This document shows positions 11,083-24,950 of a stretch of 64,000 bases of DNA, one piece after another (positions within the stretch are counted from its first letter, which is position 1; each line of letters opens with the position of its first letter). This DNA is from Epiperipatus broadwayi. Taxonomy: Eukaryota; Animalia; Onychophora. The position numbers and the translations under genes are program-made. Location of the stretch: the NCBI GenBank assembly GCA_028023455.1, contig JAQFVV010000009.1, positions 9,672,001 to 9,736,000 of the forward strand. The letters run 5' to 3'. The notes under the pieces are model-generated. The model was not told where the DNA came from. It saw nothing but the letters and a program-made list of their open reading frames with translations, and ran no database searches.

Positions 11083-13250
11083 CTAAGAAAAAATGAGAAT
11101 TACTTAAGTTGAAATTTATTATGAAAAAAAACAAAAACAATAACAAATCACTAGAATAACTTACACAATTAATTTTTGTAAAGCTATTCATACTTTATAA
11201 AACTTTCTGCAGTTTATTTTTAACCTATAAGTTAAATTTACTGGTAATTTAAATCATCTTACAATATATTATAGAAAATAAATACGTAAATATTATAACA
11301 TATAAACGTACCAATATGGGGAAAGGTGATTAAAAAAACACCAACTGACATCTAGTGGTATGATAGATAACTACTTCAAAAAGAAAATAAAAAGGGGAAA
11401 TTATGGTTCTGTATTTATTAATCAAATTATATTTATAAATTCAATGATAACGAGCAATTTTTCTTTGTTAAATATACCTCTGGCTCATCAATATTTTTTA
11501 GATCGATAAAGTAAATTTTAAAAGATGATTACTCTAGTAGCAGATTGAGCATAATAGTTCTACACAATTGACGAATCTCAGCTGAGAAACGACACAGGAA
11601 TCTTTAACTATGAACCCGCCAATCTCATGCTGCGTTAATTTGCAAAAATAAAAAATAATCGAATCGTTATTGTTCACGTCATGTGATGTTAGACACCAAT
11701 GCGACTGATTGAGAACTTGTATTTTTCAAACGACCACCACACTAAAACTGAGCATGAAAAAAAAACAAATTTCGTTTTTAAAGCTGCAATTAAAAATAAA
11801 ACGAGACTATAGTAAAAAAAAAAAAAGAGCATATCAAATTGTTCCTAGTATTGTAAAATAAAATATAGAGTATTAATATCACATTTTATATTTGAATTAT
11901 TTCATCCATACACAAATATAGGAGAGTTCGTACAAAAAGTTCTGAGAAAAATTTAAGAACTGATATAAAACTAGTATAGTAAGTATATTTTAAGTTAATC
12001 GTGATAGTTGCTTATTATATGAGTAAAGGGGGGGGGGGCATACAGAACTCAATAGCTTGAATTAAAAAAAAGACATCAGATACATAGATACGACACAATA
12101 ATGGGGGGGGAGGGTATTCTGCCAGATTAGATGAATATCAAACTGATCTTGCATATTTTCTAAGAAGAAAATTTTTTGATAATAAATGAAAAAAATATTA
12201 AAAAACGTCTATTAAAAAATAATCGCAAGTTGGAAATGCAGCCGCTCCCTCCCAGCACAGCAACAATGTCATGGATAATAGAAAACAATATTGTAATATT
12301 CATTTATAGGTGTGTAAACATTTATATATATATATTTCTTTTGAAAACATGTATACCATGTACACAACTTTTTTTTGAAAGCTTTTCATCGAAAAAAACT
12401 GGCAAAAAATATATACAAAAAATACTAAAAAAATGTCTATGAAAAAATAATAGTATATTGTCAGCATAGTAATTCCTTCCCTACTCATTTCCATAACAAT
12501 TGAAACCAAGTTATGTTGCTGTTATAGACATTCTCAGACACTAGAAAACTATATTATATGCACTTTTCACACACACACACAATATAATTATGTGTAAATA
12601 CTGTACATGCACTGTGAACAAAATGATTAAAATGTAGAAAAATAAAATTTATTTATTAATGTCGAATTTTTTTATATTTAATGTACTATTTTTTCAATCA
12701 CAAAGTGCTGAAATATTGAGCTCTAGTTATTTGCCATGAATATATGAATCACAATCAAATTATTGATCATGCTCAGTTGTTCAGAAAGTTACATAACATT
12801 AGAGTATTAAAAAAATACTATCACACTAGTTGGACTGATTGGGAATCTATATCTTTTGATTTCCTCATTTGTCAGAACTGACTTATTTATGTTTTGTCAA
12901 TCATATTTTTGACAAATATATATTAAAGTTATGTGACTTATGAACAAAGAGGAGGTATAACACAACAATTACATTCAAGTGATGGAACTGTGATAAATTT
13001 GTTTAATTCAACTTAAGTTTGCTAATAAATTGCTGTATTACAAAAAACTAAGTACCATGGCTTATGTGATGAACACAAATTATTGTTTCAAAGAATGTGG
13101 CATAATATGTGAAAGTTGATCTGAATAATTTCCAAAACAATCTTTATTATGGAAGTTTAAACCAGTGTGCAACTATAAAAACAAACAAACAAGCAATTGC
13201 TTTATCTGTTACCAAAGTCATCACTGTAGAAAATTTTGAGCTTCTCTCAT

Positions 13251-13256
<6 letters not shown>

Positions 13257-13304
<48 letters not shown>
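13257..13304. repeat. (GA)24 microsatellite
   Basis: Read directly from the sequence. Confidence 0.97.
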
Positions 13305-13307
<3 letters not shown>

Positions 13308-14981
13308 CACGGGTATGCTGTGGAAAAAAAAGTACTCTGTAAAACAACATATTGTCTCATAAAACAGAAGCAGTAATAATTTGGGAATCTTCAAGTAGTG
13401 TAACTTATCTTCTTAATTATCTGATTTAGTTCCATTTGATGTTTTTTTTCTGTTTCAAAACTAAAAAACAAACTTACAGAAATTTGCTTTGTTGCGGATG
13501 ACAATATTATAGCAATTGTGGGTGACTTTCTAAATAAATAAATTTATTTTGTAAAAGCATAACAGGAATACAAATTAATTATTGCAGTGGTTGTTAAACA
13601 TTTTTGAATTAACCAAGTATAGAAAGAAGTATCTATTATAAATTACATAATACCGAAACTAATAAATATAAAATTTAAAGTAAAACTAAAGTAAAATGCA
13701 TAAATTAATAAATAATTCTCTACCTCTTATCAACAAAAAATGTTTATTATTGTAAATTTATTTTACATCAAATCACATAACTATGAAATGATTAATTTAA
13801 TAAACCCCTATAGTATTAATTATCAAGAAAAAGATCATCATTGTCCAATGGAGAGAAATTAGCTAGTAGAATATGACAATATATTTTTTTTTCTGACAAA
13901 CTGGCATCTTGTTTTTCAAACATTGTCAAATTAAGGTAATTCACTCAATAATGGTGGCAAAAATGAACTGCAGAAGCTAAAAAAAAGAATGTTACTTTAT
14001 GACTTGTTGTATTATGAAGAATGTTGGTTTATTTTTAAAAATATTTTAACAAATAACTAACTTTCCTTGATCTTTGTAATTTTTTTATGCCTTAAATAAA
14101 AATTAAATAGCTTATTCAATTAACTTATCAATAGTTAATCTTTGTTTTATAATCCAGAAATTTTGATTAAATTAAAAAAGATATAAAACCAATTTTCACA
14201 AAACCAGTGTTCAACCTGTGCAGGTATATATACACATATAGTTACCAAACTAAAACAGTGCAACTCGGTTCAGATTTAAGAACTTAGGTTTTCAGTTCTA
14301 ATAAATCAAAAACTTGGTTAGGAAAGTATGTGGAGAACTTGAAAGCCTGTAAATCAAAAAGCTGGTTATGAACATCTGAGAGTTGAGATATTTCTATCTA
14401 TATTCTACAAATGAGAAAAATAATATGTGAATAATATTAATGGACACAAGGTGACAGTGCAGCCAGACTTTCTTAATAGGTTTCAACTTGACTAGCTTTC
14501 ATGCACTTCACGCTTTCACACATCACAAAGTTTTAAAATTAAGCCAACCTATATATAAGTCTGACAACGCAGAAATTAGTTACAATAATTTGCACAGAAA
14601 TCTTTTACTCATTCATTTTACTTAATATTTACATTTAAGTTTATAGAAATTGAAAAAAAAATCATCACTGGAAAAATTATGCAATACATAGTACTCTAGC
14701 ACGTGTGCGGCACAACTGTTCCCAAAAGCTATTAATATAAAATAGATAACTAAAAACAAACAAGCTTTTTTTTTCCCAAAAGTAAAAAATTATTTGACTT
14801 AATACTTAGTATTGTAATAATCCATCAGTATTGCTAATAACTACAAAGTCAAAGGGTACATACAACTGTCTAATAAATATAATTTGAATAAACCCCAAAA
14901 ACATAAGTATATCTAAAATAATATTTGTGACAAACATTCATAAAGTTTTGTTTTCTCATGTTCAAAGCATCAGTTACTTAC

Positions 14982-15048
14982 CCATTCATTAATTGTCCTA
15001 TCCTTGTACATTCATCTTTATCATAAAACCATACTCCATATATAGAAA
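14982..15048 (-). CDS. DCP1: DCP1 internal coding exon (end of EVH1 domain), 67 nt
   Basis: Acceptor ttttttag| and donor |gtaagt. Translates SIYGVWFYDKDECTRIGQLMN(G), the hallmark Dcp1 IYGxWFYD motif. Phases are compatible with both neighbouring exons. Confidence 0.96.
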
Positions 15049-18000
15049 CTAAAAAATACAAGATATATACTAGATATAGATAAGTTTTATAAACAATAAA
15101 CACACATTCATATATACATAAAGCTTTGACTTTTCTACTCGAATAGAAGGTACCAACACATATTATCTTCTATAATCTAATTCTTTTCTGTGCAATTTAT
15201 TTTCAATCAACAATGCCTTGAGTAAAATCGCTACAATACTGTTCAGTCATGATTATCTAATAGACATATAAATGGGAATGAAAATTAGAATTGTAAATGA
15301 AATTAAGCTTATTATTTATTTATTTATATTCTTAACTGTACATTTAAAAAAAAAAAAGATTCAATTACTGCAATTAACTCAATAATATATTTATTATAAT
15401 ACATTAATGCATTTTGTACAATTTTACACCATAATTAATATGCTTCTTCAGCAACCTCCTTACAAAAACACTAAAAGAAAAAGTATTGTTTCCCAAGCTT
15501 GGTGATGAAGATCTGAGCAATTTTCCATCCTTGTTTTACCTTTTCAGCTAAAAATATGAGATGGTCGGTTGCTTTGCCTACTCAAAAAAAAAAAAAAAAT
15601 CCAAATTCTGATTAGAATCTGAAATTTTCTAAAAGTATTTTTATTTGGATTTAAACCCAAGACATATACATAGTTAAATATAGATTTATGATATACTGTC
15701 TATTGTATTAAAAATTATTTTATATATACAATAATTTAATAAAATAAATTAATAAGTTCTTTTGTATTTGGCTTTCTTGAGGTAATGTTCACATTAGTTA
15801 ATGATACATTATTGTCAAAGAAAAAGTCTATTTACAAAACACAATAAGTAACGATTGTTTACAGCTTTTGTTTTATTCTTTTCATTTGCTCAAATGAAAG
15901 AATCAATTTTTTTTTCTCTATAGGTCTCGTTTTGTGTAAAAAAAAAAGGGGAAAATACATATCAAGTAACTGTAATAGTTGCAAAGTTTATTCTTACCAT
16001 TTAAAAATGGCAACAAAGTAAGACAAAAATACAAAAAAAAAAAAAAATGAAAAAAAAAAAAAAGTACTAATTTATTTACAACTAAATCATATATATTTCC
16101 TTCTATTTTAATACTAAACCATTTAATTAATAATAAATTAAGGTTAAAAATTAAAACTATAAAAATGAAATGATGACATTCAAGTCATGAGTTATGTTAA
16201 TGAATGTATTAATAACTAAAATATTGGTTGATTGGACTACTATAAATGTATATATATATATAACATAAACACTCTTTTATTGCAAATTGGCTTGGTTTCA
16301 AAATCTCGAGATCATGATCAACGGTCAAGTAATTAAACTAAATAGTTTAATATGAAAATAAAAATATCATTGATTGGATATAATGCAACTGTGCTCACAT
16401 GAAAATCATTTAGCATGAAAATAGTCATATGATCTGATAGCATTGCCATTTAAGGATCATTAAATCATATTAGTCATATTGTGTAAAGAAAATGATTTAA
16501 TCATATTTTAGGGTGTATATTTATATTTATAATATTGTATGAAAACTTTTATATAAATGATTATTTTTTGTCTTCTTTTAAGAATTTTCTTACCAGAGCT
16601 TGCATGTTCTCAGTCATACAATTATAGAAAGCCTGCAATCTGATGAAATAACCATGCAAATTTTATTAGAATATTTTGAAATGTCCAAATCCATGAAGTA
16701 ATGTCACCTGATTTCAAGAATGCTTCTATAAGTTGTAATTTATAAAAGTAAAGGAAATATAAATAACTGCAATAGTTGTCATAGAATGTGATTATTATCA
16801 ACAATAGCAAAAGTAATTTCAAGAATTTTAATGAATAACTTGTTTCTACTCATAGAATGGTTTCTAGAGATTCATTCCAGTTTTAAAGAATCAAAAAGCA
16901 ATACAGATATCACTTTCGTTGCCAGGCAAACGTAAAACAAATATCACAGGCAAAGGCATGACTTATAAAGTCTGTTTATTAATTTGGTTAAAGAATTTGA
17001 TTCAGTTAATTGAAAAAGTTATGACAATATTTGAAATTAGCTGTTTATCATATCATATACATCACAGTATTCAGTACCTATGTGATGATATGAAGAAAAT
17101 GTAATTATTGCTAGTGAAAAATATGAGGCATTTGAAGTAAAAAATGATATTAACCAAGAATGTCAATTAAATCCAATGTTAGTTTGTATTTCTAAGGCCA
17201 TGGTATTTGGAATAGTTTATAGGTGGCTTCTGGAAAATGGCATTGCACTTTTTGATAATCATACAATTCTTAATAAATCTAAAAAGTGATTTATAGAATG
17301 TACTAAAATTGTAAATGCAACATATAAATAATTTGGTTTAATTATTATTAAAAAAAATCCTCAAATCCTTTAATAGTCAATGATGAAAAAAAACTTGGCT
17401 AGCTATCAACTTAGAATGTGAACCAATTTAAATATCTTGATAGCTTTTTAAGTTGAATGACAAATTTAGATGTTGAGGTACAACACAGATTCTACAGTGC
17501 TGCTTTTAACAAATGAATAGATAGGGTAATTCTTTGCAGTAATATACCTACTATAATTAAACTAGTTGCATATACATCTGTTATTTTATTAAATTTGTTG
17601 TAAGGAAATGATATTTGTACTGCTTATTGATGTAACATACAGGAAATAAAAAAATTCATTTAAGCATGCTCTGTAAAATTCTAAAAAAAAAAAAAACAAC
17701 CAAAAAGGCAAGATCATAAGACCAGTCAATGTGTTCTTCAACTTTCTGCATATACAGAATCTTCTACTATAAAATTATATCTTAATTGGATTGTATACAT
17801 GAAATGAATGACTGATAATAGACTTCCTAAAAAAAATATTTATAAGTAATTTTCTAGATGTGATATACTACTGTAAAATCAAATCTTAGTTGGGTTTGAC
17901 AAGCGAAATGAATAAATGTCAATAGGCTTCCTAAAAAAATATATTTTATAGTGACCGTGAGCATGGTTTTTATGGAAGAGGCAAATTTTATTTACATTAT

Positions 18001-18610
18001 AAAAATTATCTGAAAGATACTATATTCAAGTGAAATTTTTATTGCTTTCAGCCAATAATATGGCCAGAAAGAATAGAATATATTGGTGACTACAATTATA
18101 TAAGATATCAAAATCAAATAAAAATGTTGACTAAAAGAAAAATTTTAAATATATGTAATAATGTACCAGTTCCATATGTGGATATAATTGCATTTCACAG
18201 GGGTTTGCATAGTCATTGCAAAACTTATTTCAAGTAAACTATTACTATTTTTTGCCTTTATAACCTTTTTCTTTCAAGAATTAGAATGGCCATAATCATT
18301 TGCGAATGGCTATTGCTGAATGAATGACTGAAAAACAAAAAGTGTTATTTATGAATATTACATTAACTTCAGTATAAACAATATACTTGTATTTAAATAT
18401 TTTAATAAATAGTAAAAATATTTGAAATTTTTTAAAAAAGTATCATTGTAAAAGAATTGTGTCAGAACCATAATTTGTCAACAGTATATGTGAAAAATAA
18501 CAATTCAAAAATAATTTATCAATAAAAACTAAAATTGTATTTCTATGGTGCTGATTTCAGAACCAAAAAAATCAGGTGATGGATACAGGACAATGATACA
18601 TATATAGTAT

Positions 18611-19080
18611 AATATTTCTGTAGTGTGATTTTCAATACACCACTCTCATGCAAAAGTGAATAGAAACCATTCCCTATCTTGCGTAAGAGTGGTTGACTAA
18701 TAAAAAAATATTAATATACTTTCATCAAGCAATCTGAATCAAAATTGTAAAGGCAGCGTGTTTGACACTTATCAATTAAACTGTAATAATTTGCTATATA
18801 TATATGATAAAAGATATGTGTAAGAGATTGTGGTCTAGGCTAACTAATGAGTGCTAATTTAGCCCAAAATGTGCATATTGGGAACCAAATCTTTTTCACT
18901 TGTCTATCATCATATGTTTATGAATACATCCCTCCACAAGGTTTTAAACAGTAACTAGAAACCATTCCCTACCTTGCATGAGAGTAATTTTCAATACACC
19001 ACTCTCATGCAAAAGTGAATAGAAACCATTCCCTATCTTGCGTAAAAGTGGTATAGTGAAAATTACACTACAAAAATATT
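18611..19080. repeat. Rearranged short hairpin MITE with an internal direct duplication
   Basis: A ~66-bp unit (attttcaatacaccactctcatgcaaaagtgaatagaaaccattccctatcttgcg) occurs at about 18628 and 18987. The outer ends aatatttctgtagtgtgattttc and gaaaattacactacaaaaatatt are inverted. Confidence 0.7.
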
Positions 19081-21433
19081 ACTCATTATTTGATAATCTT
19101 TAGTCTAATGAATGACTAATAAAAGTTATTAATATATATATATATAGTATCAATCAAGAGTATACTATATATTGATTAAATAAATCAGTCACATGCAGTT
19201 TTGTAATAATTTACAAAGACAACAAAAAAAAAATCAAGCTTTTAATTATAATTTCAAGTTTCATATTGCTTTTCTTTAGATCCAAAAAAACAACTCTATT
19301 ATTTTTAAATATATATATAATCATTGTTTATTTATAAATATCAACTTTTTTATTTTTGCTACAATAAATTAAAGCATAAAATTATTTGGAATTATTAAAC
19401 AGAAGCACAACTTTTCTAAAAATAAATTTTTGATAGTTTAAACAATTTTCTATATACATAATTGTTAACACTATAGGAATTTGACAGTTTGAAATTTTTC
19501 ACATAATCTAGTCTGATAATGTAATGAAAATATAACATTTAAATATAAAAATTCTTTTCTTTTTTAAAAAATAAATAAAATTATAATTAAAAAATAATGA
19601 ATAACACTCTCAATTGTTCTTAAGTAATTACATGTCATATACAGAAATACAGTAATGGATTCAATAACTAAATATTCCTAGATAAAATTCAACCTATTTT
19701 TAAGTGCTTGAATGTCACATGACTTCTATAGTGACTAACCATTTAATTATTTTATGCAATCATTTTCAGTGAAAAATAAAATATATAGCTCACATATATA
19801 TATGTATAACATAGCATTCTTATTATCAATGATCAATTATTGTCTCTTGTTTTAATAACAAAAAAAAAAACAACAACCAAAATGTTCTTTAAAGAAATAT
19901 TTACTGCAAAAGATAATATAAATTCTAGCATATAATAAAAAGGAGATAATAACTACATCTACATAAATTATTATTGAAGTGCTAAATATAATATACATAT
20001 CACTAGCCAACAGTAATATTGCCATTTAAAACTACATGAATCTTATTATTTAAAAATATAGTAGGAGAATACTACTTTAGTTTTATTTATAACAAAATAA
20101 CCAAAGAATTCTATATTATGATGTAGTCACAATTTGTTTACTATTTGTAAAATAATCTTAATGTAATCAGTTATATCTAAACCAAAACATATTAATGTTG
20201 GGGTTTATATGTATTTTGATTCTAGAAAATGTTTTCCAACTGTAAATAAATGAGATAAATAATGTCAAAATATTTATTGCATTCATTCACAGTAACAATA
20301 TATTTACAACAGTTAAAAAAGTTTGTCACCCGGGAATGACTGGGGAATTATGAATGTGTAGTTGTTAGCAGTAATAACCAGTGGGTTGAAAGAATGTTAT
20401 AACTTCTAAAAAATTTATTTCCTCCTCATAATTGTCTTATGTCATGAAAAATTCAATAAGTAATTTCCACTCTGAACATGAATATGCCTTACTGCATTCT
20501 AGAAAATAGTGGATAACATGCAACCCTATCACAGTAATTCCAGATTATGAATTATTTTTCTAAACATGATCTAATAATTCTTGTCCTCTTGTCCCTCAAA
20601 TGGATCTATTTTATGACTAGTTCATCTACCTTGGTGTGAACAACAATATTTACTGAATGCCTATTTGTGTCATTGACCATTTGTATACATTACTATTGTT
20701 TCATTAGTTAAATGTTTTGTAGACTGAATCTAATGTAAAAAGCTCTAAGTTTGGACAAGTCCAATATTGAGACTAAGTTTAAGATGAGCCCACAATTAAT
20801 CTGAATTTGATAGTTTCTATTTTGCAATGAAACATGTTTTCATATTTTCAATCAATTAAATACTTTATAGAAATAATTTATCTATTTCAGCACATCTAAA
20901 GATTCATATATACACATTTAACAGAAATTTTTTTTAAATGAAAACATTTTATAATGACTCGGCTTTTACAAAGATCTCGTTTGAATTTTATATCTCAAGG
21001 ATTAAAAAAAAAGGATAGTTATGATTCACTTTCAATGTCAATTGACAATTTTACTTTCCTGAAACTAAATAATTAAACAGACTATTGAAATACATTAAAT
21101 TTTACAAATGATTACATGAATGCAAGGTTTATTACAAAAAAATCCAATAATGAAATCATATTTATATTAACTCTTAACAAATTTTATTTATCTATTTTTT
21201 TAAAAATTCAAAACGGATACTGTTAGCATCACAAGTTAAAGCTTCTAGCAAAAAAAAAAAAAAGAGGGGAGGAGGGAGGGATTCAAGGAGAGATTGCAAT
21301 TTTTTCTTTCAAAAACTGGATCATTCAACAATATGTATTAGACTCTTAATTAAGTTATTGTTGCACTGGAAGTGGTTTTTTAAAAAATTTAATTAAAAAT
21401 AATAATATATAAACTGTATTTTATAATAAATAC

Positions 21434-21660
21434 TTTCATTTACTGTGCACTAAAAAGCCAAAAATAATTATTTTCATCAACCACAATCAGGTTTTTATAT
21501 TAATTTTTAAAAAAAGTATGGGATGTCCAGAAATTAATAAATTCAATTACTGATGGAATTTCTGGTCAACCCATGCTTTTATTTTTAGTTAAATATAAAA
21601 ACCCCAACAGTGGTTGAAGAAATCAATTATTTTTAGTTTTTTAGTGCACAGTAAATAAAA
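21434..21660. repeat. ~230-bp imperfect palindrome (foldback MITE)
   Basis: Left arm tttactgtgcactaaaaa...atgggatgtccagaaatt pairs with right arm aatttctggtcaacccatg...tttttagtgcacagtaaa. Confidence 0.8.
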
Positions 21661-21980
21661 ATTAGGGTCCTTGTGAAGCTGGAAATCTGCCCTGCAGATT
21701 TGCATTTCACCTAGTGCCAATTATATAGCCACTAGAATTGGTTTGAATCTGAATTATATATATTTAATAGGCAATAGTATATATAGAGAGATGTATGGAT
21801 ACACAAACATTTAGTTAATTTGCCCATTCAACTTACACACGTGTATGTGCATATGAAAACTAACATTTGAAAATTATAATTTTATTTCAATAACTTTCTA
21901 ACCAATTTATTTTATATATAAAACAATTTATATTATATATATTTTGTAAATCTTATATCTTGCAAGTAATAATTTATATA

Positions 21981-22187
21981 AAAATAGAATGGTCAATTAA
22001 GAGACAAACCGTGGTATTTTTGAAAGTTTATTGCTTCTAATTTATGTAGAAATACAATTGTCATTTGAGAGACAAAACCACGGTAGTTTTGAAAGTTTAT
22101 TGCTTCTAATTTATGTAGAAATAAAATTGTCATTTAGAAGACAAACCGCAGTAGTTGGGAAATTTTATTGCTAGTAATTTGTGTAAG
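21981..22187. repeat. Tandem repeat, 3 copies of ~69 bp
   Basis: The unit gagacaaacc...gaaagtttattgcttctaatttatgtagaaat recurs at about 22001, 22069 and 22138. Confidence 0.85.
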
Positions 22188-22399
22188 TTTAATTAATATT
22201 TAAGAGTAAGGGAATGCAATTAGTTTTATTTTGAAATTCGCGGAACTTTGTATCATTCTTAAAATATACACAAGGTCATAGATGCCAGAGGTTCTTAATT
22301 ATTTTATCTAGTCATTTATTGCTCTGATCTTTTTCATTCCTGTAGCGGCTGATTCTTTAATGTGTACTTGTATAAATAGCTAAAATTTTATATTTTTTG

Positions 22400-23950
22400 G
22401 TCTGCTTTTTGTTTCGTGCTCCAGTCGGAGATATACTTCACGCAAGTTTGCGTTGTGCAGCAAAATCATGGAGGGGTAAAAGAAAATCATCCACCCCTGC
22501 CCCTGGAAGGCTTATCTAGCTCATTGTGCCCAGTTAGAAACATCTAAACCTAATATGCAAACTGTCCAGAAAATGTGTGCTTAAAAGACTCTTCAATCTC
22601 TACAAATGCCGGTTTCAAACTCAAACCAGCCCATGATCATGATCCACCGATTACCTACATCATTGTGTACACAAGCCCAAGGTAATATTTATCTTGCCGC
22701 CAGCTATGAACTCTGAATTAATAAATTGTTCTATTTCTTAACTATATTGTACATCGTTCCTTCCTTATTTAATGTTAAAGTTATTATATAAATACTAATA
22801 ATGTCTGTAATTTAATATAATATTTTGTTTTGACTATATTGTCCACCTTTCCTTCCTTCCTAATTTTAAAGCCGTCACATAAATGCTAATAATGTCTGTG
22901 CGATTTATTATAATGCTATATCAATTTTCTGTTTTTGGTGCGGCAATTTAGAATTAATTGATTTTTCTTATTTTATTATTCTAATTCATTTTGATATGCC
23001 AAGAAAGTATACAATCTGGTGAGTGAACTTCCCCCTTCCCCCAATAGATTTCTCCTGTTAAACTAAGGAGACATAAATTTCCTTAAAATTTGTTGTTATA
23101 AACTCGCTCGGTTTTATACAAATTATTTTCAATAATGTTATTCTTTAAATGACTAGAAGATCTTGATATTTACATTGAATTATTACACCTAACTATAAAA
23201 ATTTAATCCTCATCTCATTATTAAAAGTTATCATTTTAACTAAGTACATCTCACCAGCAGTGAATTTAATATGTAATTTGTAATTTTATTTTAATAATTG
23301 TAACGGGAAAGGTTGTTATTTTGTAAGCAATCACAGTTATCTGTGCAATGACTGCTGGTAGAAATGTGGAGATATTTCTAAGGGGTGGGAGAGAGCACTC
23401 TATCCCTTTTAGTTTTAACTCTGACCCCTTTTATGTGCATTTATTGATCGTTAGTTAACTGCCCGGGATGATTTGCGTTTAAGCATTCCATTGCACAGGA
23501 GAGCATCTTATAAGAGTCAGGTGTTTATTAATTTATAGTGGTCGTTAGTGACACAAACTATTTATATACTTTGGGCATTATAATTATATCATTGCAATCG
23601 TTATTTATAATTTTTCTGCTTTGTCATTATTTTGGGATCTTGAGAATGACCAATCCCTCTATTCATCATCTCTCTAAAAGTAGATGTATTTTCCTATTCG
23701 GGATCTTCTCCAGGCATCCCCAATGAATCAGTGTATGGGAAACATATGGATGAACCATCCCAACACCCACTTGTGTCATTACTCTTCTGAGATATGACCT
23801 TGGCCATCGTGCAGGCATACTCCTTTCGTACCAATATGACAAAGCCACTCAAGAGCATCTTAAATGATCGCTCGTCTAGATACGATTGTAAGTGATAATG
23901 TAGGACTGAATTATTATTAAGTTTTCTATTCACCTGCAATGCTCTTTATT
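22400..23950 (-). mobile_element. R1/I-group-like LINE fragments (RT piece and C-terminal piece), interrupted
   Basis: ORF 23694..23939 has HLQSYLDERS and TSGCWDGS (resembling SYL..R and GCPQGS). Region 22400-22700 gives FLTGH...CC.T. Heavily decayed. Confidence 0.4.
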
Positions 23951-24719
23951 AGTCGTAATTGCATGTCGTTCGCCATCCATTCATTTTAATTTTAAGTCAG
24001 ATTATGAATTACAGCTTCTTTTAAACTGAATAGTTTTGCTCCCACGCATCTGAGTGATCTCCCAAGTATCGCACATTTTTCAAATCACATGACCTAAATT
24101 CTTATTCATATATAAATAATGACCACCAATACAACTTATTAATGTGAATCTATAACATATTAAATGAGGGTTAAGTTACAAGGTATTTTTGGTTACCTAA
24201 TTAATTTATTTGATTCTAGGCATGTTAACCGCACCACAATATCTGTGCAACCGCACGAATGACCTTTGTTCTAGATATGTAATAATTGCACTAATTAACT
24301 GTATGTAGTAACACTTTATGTATTTATATAAATTCTATGATTTATTGACTCATCTCTAAAGTGCATGATTGCAAATCAAACCACAATCAAAGTTGTAACT
24401 ACCATTGCCCAGACATTCTATACAACTATTTTTGTTATTACCGTATTTAATTGTTCAATAAATTTATATCATATTATTTTCTATATTCTCGCATTTTTTA
24501 TTCATTGCCCGAATCTCTCGTATGACTGTTTAGGTTAAGTTAAATTATTTCAAATTCAACGAAAGATTTTATTGGTATTATTAATTAATTCCCTTTATTT
24601 AAAGTTGCTTTAAACGATCTTAAGTATCTGATTATTAATCTATTAAAGAATAGCCTACCCCGCTCTTTAAATAATATATTTTGTAATAATCATTGGCTAA
24701 TTATTTAAATATGATCGAT

Positions 24720-24950
24720 TTCCAAGTCTCTTTGCTCATCCTGTTCTCATTGCTGGGCCTGGAGTAAATGAAAGCTTGCTAGTATCCTCAAAAGTGTTGT
24801 CCATATAGTCAGAGGCTCTGGAGCATGGGCAAATAGGTTAGCTTTTAGTAATGTTCCAGACTTGTGTATCTCGCACATTGCTAGATTGCTATAGTTTTCT
24901 TGGATTCTAGGTGTTGTTGAATGAACACACAATTTTGACCAGTACACTTG
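24720..24950 (-). mobile_element. Old LINE 3'-end fragment, same family as 57690-57975
   Basis: Shares atgggcaaataggttag and ...gtgtatct...ttgttgNatgNaca.aca.ttt.gacc with the 57.8 kb copy. Both translate IHxSGxxxxxNLFAH. Confidence 0.55.
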
